The translations under genes were made by a program, and so were the position numbers. A model generated the notes under the pieces. That model worked only from the letters and a program-made list of their open reading frames with translations, had not been told where the DNA came from and ran no database searches. A stretch of DNA of 64,000 nt, taken from NCBI RefSeq assembly GCF_018350175.1, contig NC_058368.1, forward strand, positions 102,860,001-102,924,000, given 5' to 3'. Origin of the DNA: Felis catus. Its lineage: Eukaryota. Below, in pieces: positions 25,151 to 37,574 of the stretch. The first letter of the stretch is position 1, and every line of letters starts with the position of its first letter.

Positions 25151-28100
25151 CACCACACAAATCTGAGCATGTCAAACCCTGCAAATGCTTCCTGTCTCAA
25201 CAGAGTGAAAGCCCAGATCCTTACCATAGTCCATAAGGGCTTGTGTGAACCAATCCTTTGTTAGTTCTCTATCTTTCTTCCCTGCCATTCTCTGTCTTGT
25301 TCTCTTGAAACCAGCCACTTGGCCTTTTTTGGGGGGGGGGTCATAAATATGCCATGTGTTCACTCTTACTGACCTCTTACTAAAACACTCTTCTTTCATG
25401 GTTTGTACCCTCATCTCTTTTAAGTCTTTGCTCAAATGTCACTTTGGTAAGGTATCCTCTGACCACCATATTGAGAACTTCATCCTCGGTCCCCACTCTT
25501 CCTACCCTGCTCCTTCCTCTGAATTATTTTTCCTTAGAGCATTTATCATCATGCAACATGATACGTAATTTGCTTATTTTGTTCATTGTGTATTCCATTG
25601 AAGAGAATATAAGCTTCATGCAGGCAAGGATTTTTTTTTTTAATTTGTTTGTTTTATTCACCAAAGTATCCCTAATGCCTAGAACAGTTCCCGGCACACT
25701 GGAATTCACAAAATATTTGTTAAATAATGAATTGTGACATATTGATATTACTGAAAACTGAAGAAATACATCACTAGCAATTTTATATGCAAATAAAAGC
25801 TGTCGATCATAGTAGTTTTGGGTAGCTATATAGTTTTCTTCCATGGTTTGGAATTGATTTAAGAGGCAGCTTGTGAGCCATTAATAATGTCATTTTAATT
25901 ACTCTATAGTTACAGCTCATTTTGGATCCCAAACTGAATTACCCATCTTGAACAGCACCTTATTCATCAGACTTGGCTCTGATAATGACATGGTGATAAC
26001 AGCCATTTGTTATTTTCCATAATCTTTTCCTTAGTCAATAATTTTTTATTTGCAAGTCACAGATATACACTTAAACTATCAAGGTGATATAGTTTGTTCA
26101 TATATTCATTCACATCATGTCTTCTCTGTTTTTCCCTTGCCAACTCTCCAAGAATACAGCTGGACTTTTGGCTTCCTTTCCCTTAGGATGGTTGAGTTGC
26201 ATGGTCGAAGCAGAAAGAGCCTGAAATCAATTCTCTTCCTGGTTTGTTTGTTTGTTTGTTTGTTTGTTTAGAGAGCCTCAACTCTTACGCTAGGGTGACC
26301 GAGGGTAGGAAGGGTAGGTTGGTGCCACTGAAGAGAGAGTGAAGACAGAAGAGATGAGAGGGGCAGAGATCTTTTTCTTAAGGCTAAGGAATAGACTGTG
26401 CTTGGGGTTCCCTCAAGACATCATTATGGCTTCTGTGTTCTCTCCCCCAAAAGGAAAAGAATGTTGGAAGACAAACGTTGTATGGTGCTTACGGGGTTCC
26501 TCCTGAGTGAAGAGGGGTTATACCACAAGGCTTTTCACTAAGCCCAATGGAAATAAATAAAATTAAGCCTCCTGAGGCACTAGATTTCTGAAGCACAAAA
26601 TCTGTCAGTCACCCAGGAAAATGACTCCACCATATATCTCTTTATGAAGTTGAGTCTCCTTTCCCTCTTTGAAGACTAGCTTTGTTTCCTCCCCAAATGG
26701 CTTCCCTAAACCCGGATTTACATCACTTCCTATTCTGAGAAGCGTTCTGGGAAGAGTCAGTCAAGCTTTTTTTTCTAGCACTAAGGTTTCTGAAATTTCC
26801 ATTCCCTCTCTATGAGAGTTGTGAGCAAGAGTTGAAAAAGAACGTGGTAAGTCAGTGAATGTATGAGTAAGTCACTCTGCTTTAGAAGTCTAGTACCCAG
26901 AAAGCTTTTGTGATGACTTCCTTGTCTCTGAGGCAGAAAAACTCGAGTTTGGTATTTAAGGTAAACCTTGTCCATGAAAGCATTTTTTGGATGGGAGATC
27001 AAAAAGTCTTAGGACTACATAGGAATAGGGAGTTGGTTTTTTATTACCAAAGGAAAATAGAATTGTCTACTGATGAGACACTTGGAAGAAATAAGTCAAA
27101 TCCATTTGCGGATCATTAATGGGTGGAAATGGGGCCAATTTACTGTTACATGTGAAAGGCTAGATAGGGGCAATTAGGACCACAGAAACCTAAGCATCAA
27201 GTCTTTCTAGTCAAACACAAGACATTTTCCCAGGATTCTAAAGACAGACCCTTTTGCAGATTAATAAGAGAAGTAAGGAAAGAGTAGACCATTTCTTTTT
27301 TTCTTAATTCGAAATCCTGGCTCTCAGTTAAATTTCAAAAAAGATTAATTTGACTCTATGATCATAAATAGGTTGATTATATAAAAATGAATTGCAAGTG
27401 AAGAAAGAACAGGTCCTAGACCTTTAAGAAACGACCAGTATAGATTTATAAACAATGTAGCAGTGTGAAGTTTTATAGATAACTGGCAAGTTACTAGGTA
27501 CAATGAGCAAATTAACCTGTGTGTATGCATAGTTTTATTTTCTGATTTTAGGGAATATTTTGGTAAACTGAACGGAAATTTTCTCTGAAAGTTCACACTA
27601 GGCTTGGTGGTTTAAAATGTCACACAGCTCAGGTACACCTGGAAAAATGTTCACGTAGGCCTGGGAATAATACAAGTGATGCATATGTTATGATAGATTT
27701 AAAGGACAGAATAGTGTCAATCCCACTGCTTTGACAAGACTATGATCGTTGACCTTTCTCCGACACAAAGCATCTACCACTGAATTGCAAAAATTGTTAA
27801 AACTTAACGAATTTCATATCTAAGGATAACGTTATCACACTAGTATCCAAGGACAGGGAGACAGATTTTTAGCTGGTTGACTTAATTTTCAGCTTCACCT
27901 ATTTCCCAAAATTATATGAGTAAGTTACAAAAAAAATCAAACACTCAAAGACAGGGTTATTTTGCATAAATACAGACAGACAGACAGACCACAAAATACA
28001 TGTAAAACATCAAACTCACTCTCTCCTCAAATACATTGCTTAAATGGTCTAAGATGTACCCATTCACTTAAGCTGTTTGACTTGTGCAATATTTTCTCGT

Positions 28101-28328
28101 TTTAATTCTTTCTCAATATCCTTAAAAACATATTAACTACCACTCTGTGTAAATAACAAAAACATAATAAATAAGAATATTGTCAACCCATTTCAGAATT
28201 AAATACCAGATTAGGAGCTACATTTTAAACTTCTGGATCTGTGAATTATTCAGTTTACCACTTGAGTGGCACAAAGCACCCATTCGTTGTTTGTGCATCT
28301 CACATGGGACTTGTTATTTCTTCCTATT

Positions 28329-28764
28329 CACACACACACACACACACACACAGACACACACACACACCTACACATATGCATATATATTCATATATACATA
28401 TACACAACACACATACATATGTATATATATACATATGTATATATACATATATATACATATGTATATATACATATATATACATATGTATATGTATATACAC
28501 ACATGCATATGTATATATACGTATATACATATATATACATATATATGTATACATATATATATACATATATACATATATACATATATATACATATACATAT
28601 ATATATACACATATATACATATATATGTTCCTTATCAGATTTATATATGTATATGTATATATACATATATATACATATATATACACATATATATGTTCCT
28701 TATCAGATTTATATATGTATATATGTATATACACATATATATGTATATGTTCCTTATCAGATTT
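28329..28764. repeat. Compound (CA)n/(TATACA)n microsatellite with three embedded copies of ATGTTCCTTATCAGATTT
   Basis: Direct observation; copies at 28625, 28693, 28747. Confidence 0.95.
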
Positions 28765-29094
28765 TTAATCCCCTAAAGATACTCAGTAACTCCTGTTCAA
28801 CTTTGTATTTCTTGAGGACAGAGCCACACCTATGTGGTCATATAGGGAATTAAATTGGGAGCAAACCTCACTGGTCTAAGACAAAAGAAACAAGACCCAT
28901 CTTGGTCAGAAAGGTTTTCCTTAAACTGAAGCAAGCCTTTGAAATAAGGGTATAGCCCAGCTAGTGAAGTAAAGTTCCTATTTTTCGCTTTAAATTAAAA
29001 AAAAAACAACAACAAGTTTCCAAAAAGGTAAAGAGTGTTTCAAGACTCTAACATAATATATGTGAGGGGGGAGGCAATTTAGAAGAGCCCCTCA

Positions 29095-29316
29095 GGGTCC
29101 TGGATGGCTCAATCGGTTAAGCATTAGACTCTCAATTTTGGGTCAGGTCATGATCTCACTGCTCATGGGTTTGAGCCTCACGTCGGTTTCTGGTCTGACA
29201 GTATGGAGCCTGCTTAAGATTCTCTCTCTTCCCTCTTTCTCTGCCCTTCCCCGACTTGGGTTCTGTCTCTCGCTCTCTCTTTTTCTCTCTCAAAATGAGT
29301 AAACTTAAAAAAAAAT
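29095..29316 (+). mobile_element. Older CanSINE (SINEC_Fc2-like)
   Basis: TSD AGAA(G/A)AGCCCCTCAG; diverged body. Confidence 0.9.
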
Positions 29317-29626
29317 AGAAAAGCCCCTCAGATGGGCAAAATGTGGAAGGAGAAACAGAGACAAAAGGGCCCCTATGTAAAGTACAAACATTAAGGTCAG
29401 GTTTATTATCATTCCATCCTCATCCCAGAATGTATTTGTTTCAGTGAAATAATAAGATATTCAATGTACCCATGTTTTCACATTTTGTGGGTGATTCTCT
29501 TTTCTATTACCTTTGCTCACCTTTCCACTAAGCAATCCCACTCACTGCAATAAATGTTTTAGGATCAAACCTAAGGTTAACAGCCTATCCAGTAATTTTC
29601 TTTAAAATTATCAAAATATGGCTTTT

Positions 29627-29735
29627 TTTCAATATATGAAGTTTATTGTCAAACTGGTTTCCATACAACACCCAGTGCTCATCCCAAAAGGTGCCCTCCT
29701 CAATACCCATCACCCACCCACCCCTCCCTCCCACC
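29627..29735 (-). mobile_element. Extremely 5'-truncated felid L1 3' end
   Basis: Minus strand GGGTGATGGGTATTGAGGAGGGCACCTTTTGGGATGAGCACTGGGTGTTGTATGGAAACCAG; perfect 15-bp TSD CAAAATATGGCTTTT. Confidence 0.88.
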
Positions 29736-29976
29736 CAAAATATGGCTTTTCAAATGCACAAAAGATGCCACCTGAAAAGAACCAGTAAGAATTTTAAGTG
29801 CCTAAAAGAAAGATTACAGACATTAATATTTTATGTCCCTTAATTCAGATGTACATGTGACTTTTAGTGAAAAAATCTGGTCAAAGGTTAATTAAAAATG
29901 ATCAAGACAGTTGTCATATTCTCCTTTTAAAAATTCATTATTCACAACCATCAATTGTCTAATAATTCCATATCTT

Positions 29977-30207
29977 TTTTTTATTTTTTAAAAAAATTTT
30001 TTTTAACTTTTATTTATTTTTGAGACAGAGAGAGACACAGCATGAACGAGGGAGGGGCAGAGAGAGAGGGAGACACAGAATCGGAAGCAGGCTCCAGGCT
30101 CTGAGCCATCAGCCCAGAGCCCGACGCGGGGCTCGAACTCACGGACCGCGAGATCGTGACCTGAGCTGAAGTCGGACGCTTAACCGACGGAGCCACCCAG
30201 GCGCCCC
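29977..30207 (-). mobile_element. CanSINE
   Basis: TSD CTAATAATTCCA(T/A)ATCT. Confidence 0.96.
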
Positions 30208-31198
30208 CTAATAATTCCAAATCTTAAAGAATAAAACAAAGAACTATCAAAAAACTCTGCCATGCCAGGTGGTACTATGCTAAGAGGTTGAAAAGAGTAA
30301 ATTACTAAAATATGGTCTATGCTCCAAGAAATGAAGACCACAAAGCTTTGGGAGTCTATCTTTGGAAGAAATGTTGCTTGAAACAAACAAACAAAAAAAG
30401 GTATGACATGGGAATTTTGTAAATTCTGCAGGCTGAGAACACATATTATTGATTTTAAACAAACAAGAGAGAGCCTCGTTCTGGCTCCTTCTCTGCTCCC
30501 TCCATGCTTCAGTCAATTTCTCCCAGGGTTCTTACAGCAAAATCATGCGTTACACCTAGATGAATTTTAATGGCTCTAATAATTATTTTTCTGTTTCTTC
30601 AAAATATTTGATTGATTGCAACTTTATCCTCCCTCTGCAAAGAGAGTATATATTTCCATGCTTCGATCTCAAGGCCACTTGAGTCTGATGTCATCTGACC
30701 TACATTTTCCTGACTGTTGTCTCAATTTATTTGGAGGAAATAACAGCCTCCCTTAGGGTTTTATTCTCCTATGCACTCGGATCTACAAGTAAATATGAAG
30801 GTGCATTGGCAGGGTGTGGGAAGCTTCTAGCAGACTGCCTCTACTCTGTTCGGGAGAACACACTGGCCACGGTACTGGGCCATCTTACAAGAAGCCTGCT
30901 GTGTCCCAGGACGTCTCAGCCGTTATTTCACTTACGAGCTTTATAAAGTACTTTTAATTCTCTTCAGTTTTAGTAAGAGAACACTGAAGATACACAATTG
31001 GGCCAGGCGTGGATTTGTGTCTGCACGTAACCCAATCTAAGTTCTCTAAAAGATCAGGATGGAAGAAAACATTGTGCGCTTATTTCAAGTAAACGAGACT
31101 GGAGACACTTGTCTTCCCATGCATATGGATGCTGTATATCCAAGCCAAAAATAGAATCTAAGGTTAGTTTTTTAATGTATATTTAAAGTTTGCTTCAT

Positions 31199-31426
31199 GG
31201 GGCGCCTGGGTGGTGTAGTCGGTTAAGCGTCCGACTTCAGCCAGGTCACGATCTCGCGGTCCGTGAGTTCGAGCCCCGCGTCAGGCTCTGGGCTGATGGC
31301 TCGGAGCCTGGAGCCTGTTTCCGATTCTGTGTCTCCCTCTCTCTCTGCCCCTTCCCCGTTCATGCTCTGTCTCTCTCTGTCCCAAAAATAAATAAAAACG
31401 TTGAGAAAAAAAAATTAAAAAAAAAT
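31199..31426 (+). mobile_element. CanSINE, young variant
   Basis: 16-bp TSD TTTAAAGTTTGCTTCA; CAGCCAGGTCACG diagnostic. Confidence 0.96.
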
Positions 31427-31789
31427 TTTAAAGTTTGCTTCAGAAAATATAAGAAAATGTACATTATACACATATAAAATTAAAGTCTATACCTCGGCTT
31501 TTTTAACCATTTTGGGGGGAGAAATTATTCTGAGCAGGATAGCTTACCGTGATTTGGGCGCTGTGCTGAGGCTTAAGAAATTGTTAGTGCCAATTCCAAT
31601 TTGCTTACTTCATTTACTTTGCACCTAAGATGTAAATTAATCATTGCTGGTAACATCAATTTAGTTGTAATTAATCATAGAGGGAGGAGTAAAGCAGTCA
31701 TATTGGTGCCAGCCATACTAACTGCCTTATCTGATTGCTCTTGTGTAATTTTCCAGCACTTTGATGAATATACAAGTCAAGAAATACTA

Positions 31790-32010
31790 GGGGCGCCTGG
31801 GTGGCGCAGTCGGTTAAGCGTCCGACTTCAGCCAGGTCACGATCTCGCGGTCCGTGAGTTCGAGCCCCGCGTCGGGCTCTGGGCTGATGGCTCAGAGCCT
31901 GGAGCCTGCTTCCGATTCTGTGTCTCCCTCTCTCTCTGCCCCTCCCCCGTTCATGCTCTGTCTCTCTCTGTCCCAAAAATAAATAAACGTTGAAAAAAAA
32001 ATTAAAAAAA
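31790..32010 (+). mobile_element. CanSINE, young variant
   Basis: CpG-rich body; TSD ...AAATACT. Confidence 0.96.
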
Positions 32011-32129
32011 AAATACTTTGGGGGCTTCCAAGAATATTCACAGTATCTTTGGAAATAGAGTTGAAAGCATTATAAATAGTTGATTGCTGCTTTACTTGAA
32101 GACTTTTTTGTGACTATTAGATTTATAAC

Positions 32130-32133
<4 letters not shown>

Positions 32134-32179
<46 letters not shown>
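32134..32179. repeat. (CA)n microsatellite
   Basis: Direct observation. Confidence 0.97.
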
Positions 32180-32181
<2 letters not shown>

Positions 32182-33721
32182 TGCCCTTGCTTTCGATAAG
32201 TGCTTTCAGAGCAACTGAAGCTAAAAATGGACATTCTACTGGAGTCTTGGCTGCATGTTCAAGGTCAGAGAGAAGCGGATCCCAACAAAGAGCAAGTATT
32301 GATGTTTCCTACGCAGTTTCCGCCCATCAAATAAGTATTGAGGAGAAAAGATAGCTCTCATTTGCAAGTATGCAAAATTTATTAGCTCTTGACAAAAAGT
32401 TATTGATTTTTATAATATTATATTCAGAATATGTCCATACATTTACTTATGCCTAACATAACTTTAGGTGATTTACAGCAAACAAATAAACCAATAATAC
32501 ACTGATACAAGAGGTATGATGTAATAAATCAGCGTATTTTACAATCTTCACATGCCTTGTGACTCCCTATCCATTGTATCAAGCCATTCTTTTCTTTAGA
32601 GTGAAGACAAATCCCACCTACAACACAGAAGTCAGAGTTCAGCATAGAGTATCAAGATACGCTTTTCAGTCCACAGCAAAATAATAGGCTTAAAAGCTGG
32701 GCTTTGCAAGCGTTCTCACGGAAGCAGGAGGAAGGTCTATGTTACAGAGTGTTTGCTGGCTCCCCACCACTCCCCATGGCAGAGTGGATGATGAGGTCTG
32801 GGGCTGGGTATTATCCTGAGCTGGTGTTCCCTGCAAGTGACTAGTCCTGTTCCCTCTCTTTGGCATGGCCCTGGCATCTGCTTCTGAGTTCACGGTCCCT
32901 GCCTTGAGTCTGGTCCTAAGATCCCTGTACCCTCTTTGGCACCAACCTCAGTCCTCTTCACATTGATGAGTCTACTCTCTACTTTTCCATCCTCCCATCG
33001 GAGTATAAAGGGAGATGGGGGTCCCGAACACGCCACATATGGGCCAGGGAAAGCTGGTGCTACTATGTTAAGTTCACTTGCTCAGATACGTCCCCGGTTG
33101 GCTGAGGTAGTAATGAACATGGAATCTCTCTATGAGGCATAAAAATTTCTCAGGCCCAGCCCAATAAACCAAACGAAACGAAACGAAACCAAACCAACAA
33201 AAACCAAGGAGAAGTACACTGGAATTTCCCAGATGGCATCTGGATGTTTCTACCTACCCATCCTCTTGGGATTTTGAGCCCACCACCACGCTTTTATTCC
33301 TTATTCTCTTCTCCTTGGCTCTTCCCCAAGCCCCAGAACGTCTTTCTCTTTCTGCTTCCTGTCTTATAGGAATTTCCCTTATTACACATTCTTCCATCAC
33401 CTCTGTGATGTGGCTGACAGTAAAACTGGATGATCTCAGTTTCCTAGGTTTGGCCCTGGGTATGTAGAGGGAATATTTTGGTACTTTGAAAAGCTTACTC
33501 AACTCTGCAGCCAGTCGGTAACTTGGGAAGTACGAGTGGGAGGAGGCACGCTCAAAAATGAGCCAGGACTGTTCTTGGAATATTCCCAATATTTGAAATA
33601 CTGGAGAAAGGAAGCAGTTCAAAATGTAAAAATGTAAACGGGAAAAGACAAGTCTATTCTACCCATGTCCCTTAGGCACTCAGATATTGTCCACAGAGAT
33701 AATCACTGTTTCCAGGGTCTT

Positions 33722-33937
33722 TTTTTTTTTTAATTTTTTTAAAAAGTTTATTTATTTTTGAGACAGAGAGAGACAGAGCATGAACAGGGGAGGGTCAGAG
33801 AGAGAGAGAGGGAGACAAAGAATCGGAAACAGACTCCAGGCTCTGAGCTGTCAGCACAGAGCCTGATGCGGGGCTTGAACTCACGAACCGCGAGATCGTG
33901 ACCTGAGCCGAAGTCCGACTGAGCCACCCAGGCGCTC
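33722..33937 (-). mobile_element. CanSINE
   Basis: 16-bp TSD CTGTTTCCAGGGTCTT; small deletion in head. Confidence 0.95.
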
Positions 33938-34555
33938 CTGTTTCCAGGGTCTTCTATCTATATTCCCAGAAGTTTTCTGTGCCTAAACACGTATGTATAT
34001 GTAGTTTTTTCTCTTTTCAAAAGAATTTGTAGCATGCTACCCACAGTGTTCTGTATCTTTCTTTTTTTTTTTTTAACTTAATATACCTTTATCAGTACAT
34101 ATTACTACCCAGAGAGGGGGCTTATACCCCTTGATGGTTGCACAGTATTCAAATATAACAAAGTAACACAATTTATTTGACCAGGCCCTCTTACCCCCTT
34201 TTGGTTGTTTCAGTATTTTTTTTTTCTAGCAAACAATGCTGTGATGAATATCTTTTAATGTTTATTTTGAACATGTGTAGGTTAATCTATAGAATAATAC
34301 CTAGAAGTCGAATTGCTGTATCAAATATAATTTTTTATTCGGATAGATACAGCCAAATTCTTTGCAGCAGAACTGCTCTTACAGTCTTATCAACCTAAAT
34401 AGGAAGGACTGTCTGCCCCCCTGTGCCTTTACCACCAGATTGTATGAACAATCGTGACAGTGAGAAATAAAAAAAAAAATAGTGTCTCAAAGTTTGCACG
34501 TGCATTTAATTTTTTTACAAACGAAGCTGAGTATTGTGTAAGTTTTTAAGAGTCT

Positions 34556-34752
34556 TTTTTTAAAGTTTATTTGTTTTGAGAGAGAGAGAGAGAGAGAGAG
34601 CAGGGGAGGGGCAGAGAGAGAAGGAGAGAAAGAATCCCAAGCAGGCTCCGTGCTGTCAATGCAGAGCCCTACTCAGCACCTGACCTTACGAACCATGAGA
34701 TCATGACCTGAGCTGAAACCAAGAGCTGGAGGCCTAATTGACTGAGACCGCT
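34556..34752 (-). mobile_element. Older CanSINE
   Basis: AGAATCCCAAGCAGGCTCC...GAGATCATGACCTGAGCTGAAACCAAGAG. Confidence 0.88.
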
Positions 34753-36479
34753 TAAGAGAGTTTCTAATTTTCATTTGTTTTTGTCCTTTTTTTTTTCCTA
34801 TTTTTCTTTCAATTTGTTGGTTTTACAGATTTTTAGGCACTCCCTATGAATTAAGAATACTAGCTTTTAATTTGGGATATGCTGTTTGGACATTATTTCT
34901 TATTTGTTTATTTGTCGTTTAGCCTGTGAACGGTGTACTTTGACGTACAAATCTCTTATTACATTATCCAATTAATCCCTTTTAAATTTTTTTGGTTCTT
35001 AGTTTTATGGCATGTTAACAAAGCCTACTGTACGTTCAGATTATAACAACAATTCTCCCAAGCTATTAGCAATTCTATGGCTTCATTATTTATGTTGAAA
35101 TATTTGATCCACTTGGAATTTATTTCCGTATAATGTGCAAAGTAGAAATTGAATATTTTTCCACGTGGTTACCTAGTTGTCTTGTGACCAATTATTGAAT
35201 AACCATTTTTCTACTTATTTGAGATGTGAATTTTATGGCATTATGTAATATATAATATAATATAATATAATATAATATAATATATAATTTAATGTTTATT
35301 TCTGGAATATCTATTCATTTTGTCGATAATTTTGTGTATTCATTTACCAGTACAATGTAACTTCAAATACTTTAGTATTTAACTAAATACTTTGGTATTT
35401 AGTAACTTTAAATACTTCAGTAATGAAAGTTGATTTTTTGTACATGTTACTGCATTTTGAACTTACGTGATTAAAACACTTAGCACAGGTCATATTTCTA
35501 CCAGAATGAAAAATTACAAATGACAGCAAAATCGCCAACAAATAAAATGATACCACAGAACCCATTTGGAAATCAGTGTCACACATATGTCATTGCTAAA
35601 TACTGAGCATGGCCGGTGTCAAAAACGGTCAGAGTTCTCGGACAAATATCGATATCTCGAGTGAGGTTTAAGAGAACAGCCACTTAGTCATTGAAATGGT
35701 GTGTTTTAACAGGTACAACCTTTCCACTTGGAAGTGTGGTCCTGATGTTGACTTTCTTACCTGGACAACATGACCTACGCTTGCTGCTGTTAATTGGATT
35801 GAGTTGGGGCTACGCAGCCAGAAGGATTTAGCACAGACGTTAATCCTTTCTGGAGAATACCAGCCTGAGCCTGACAGTGTCTAGGGCACAAGGTCAAAAT
35901 CAGTACGACATATTAATACTGACCATGAGGACAAAATGGAAGTTTTACTGCCTAGAGAAAACAGTATTATCATTATAAGCCATACTGCAATCAGCTAATT
36001 TTTTATCAATTAAAAGGCTTATGTCATCTTTTAAGAATAAAATAATATATACTCGTACAAACGTACACAGTAGAAATGAGCCTTCAGAATAGAATTTTGA
36101 AGTCTTCTTCTCCAAAGAGAGTACCCTGAAGCATTATGGTTATCATTCTGGTGAGCACTATTTCAGAATTAATCTAAGAGAGATGTTTTGTTTTGTTCTA
36201 TATGGTAAACTTTATATTATTCGTTTTGTTTTGCATCTCGATCTTATTACTTAGTTTGTGGTGGACATCTTCCCATGTCAACACATGGCCTGACTCACTC
36301 CTTTTTTGCCTTGTGGTAAATTCTGCATTAGTGATGTTCTCTTCATAGAATTTATTATCATCGTACTTTAAATTATGGAAATAAATTCTGATAAAACATT
36401 CAGCAACACAAAATTGAAATTAATGCATTAGGGAACAACTCAGAAAAACAAAAAACTATTTTCATTCATCAAATATACA

Positions 36480-37085
36480 CAAATAAAAAGGGAATATGGA
36501 GAGATGGACATTCTCGACATTTCTACATTTCTTTCTGGAAAGGAATGTAGCTATAACTTTTATAAATTAAACATATCCTTATTATTTGGCTGACCAATCC
36601 TTCTCTGTGAGCATCAGTAGCGCACAGATCAAAACCCCAGGATGCAAGGACATATGTGCAAGGATTTGTATAGCAAAACTCTTCAGTGTGGCAAGAAACT
36701 GGAAAGTACCCAAAGGTCTATCAGTCATGTATGACAGAACATATCACAGGTAATAATGATATAGAAGATTAAACTCTTATTTTAAAGATTTGTTTGAATT
36801 AGACTTTCAGAATGGGCTTTTGAATGAAAATAGCAAGCTGAGAAATAATATGGTACAAGATGAACTTATATTTTTTTGAGAAAAACATAAACACACACAC
36901 AGGCACACACACACACACACACACACATGCACACATGCATGAAAACAGGCCTGAAATAATAGACTATTAAAATTGCTTCCATGAATAGTGATGATTTGAT
37001 GATATAATCATGTTTTCCTTTAGAATTTATACATTATGGTAAGCATGTATATCTTATTTTTATAATTTAAAAAAGTGAACAAAGA
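36480..37085 (+). mobile_element. Old L1ME-like 3' fragment containing (CA)n
   Basis: CAAGGATTTGTATAGCA...GGCAAGAAACTGGAAA...CCCAAAGGTCTATCA. Confidence 0.5.
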
Positions 37086-37262
37086 ACACTTAAAATGAAA
37101 AAAAATATATGATTGGATGAACACGTTTCATAGAAAATACCTTTCTATTCTCATATAAGGTTTAATGATTTTAGAGGCAGGTACTTAGAATTTGGTACAA
37201 TATTCTGAGCATCAGTAGTAATAATGGAGTAGTGCTAGATGATGCTGAGTAATATACTGCCT

Positions 37263-37302
37263 ATTTTATTTTATTTTATTTTATTTTATTTTATTTTATT
37301 TT
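37263..37302. repeat. (ATTTT)n
   Basis: Direct observation. Confidence 0.95.
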
Positions 37303-37347
37303 GTTGTCTAGAGAGTGGGAATCTTGCTTCAGTGTTACTATTCTTCC

Positions 37348-37402
37348 TTTTTTTTTAATGTTTATTTATTTTTGAGAGTGTGTGTGTAAGTGGGGTACCA
37401 GC

Positions 37403-37448
<46 letters not shown>

Positions 37449-37574
37449 CCAAAGCAGACTCCAGGCTCTGAGCTGTCAGCACAGAGCCCGACGTGGGGCT
37501 CGAACTCATGAACCGCAAGATCATGACCTGAGCCGAAGTCGGACACTTAACCGACGGAGCCACCCAGGTGCCCC
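37348..37574 (-). mobile_element. CanSINE
   Basis: SINE body ending CCAGGTGCCCC. Confidence 0.93.

Larger units (their letters stand above)
22400..25730 (+). mobile_element. Fragmented L2a (pieces ~22400-22505, ~22895-23170, ~24720-25730) interrupted by L1MB, LTR and SINEs
   Basis: L2 motifs CTCTTATCAAGCTTACCAGTGAC...AAATCCAATG, CAGCAAATCCTG, TTGCTCAAATGTCAC; 3' end AATATTTGTTAAATAATGAAT. Confidence 0.75.
33650..35420 (-). mobile_element. Old L1ME-like fragments interrupted by two SINEs
   Basis: CACAATTTATTTGACCAG, AAACAATGCTGTGATGAATATC, TACCTAGAAGTCGAATTGCTG, TTTGATCCACTTGGAATTTATT. Confidence 0.65.

Noticed and set aside
28625..28764. Three 18-bp repeats with spacers, superficially CRISPR-like
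   Set aside because: Mammalian DNA, spacers are TA microsatellite of unequal length, no cas genes
28180..28853. Long ORFs (up to 198 aa) rich in Y/I/H/T
   Set aside because: Translations of the (TA/CA)n microsatellite, which lacks stop codons in several frames
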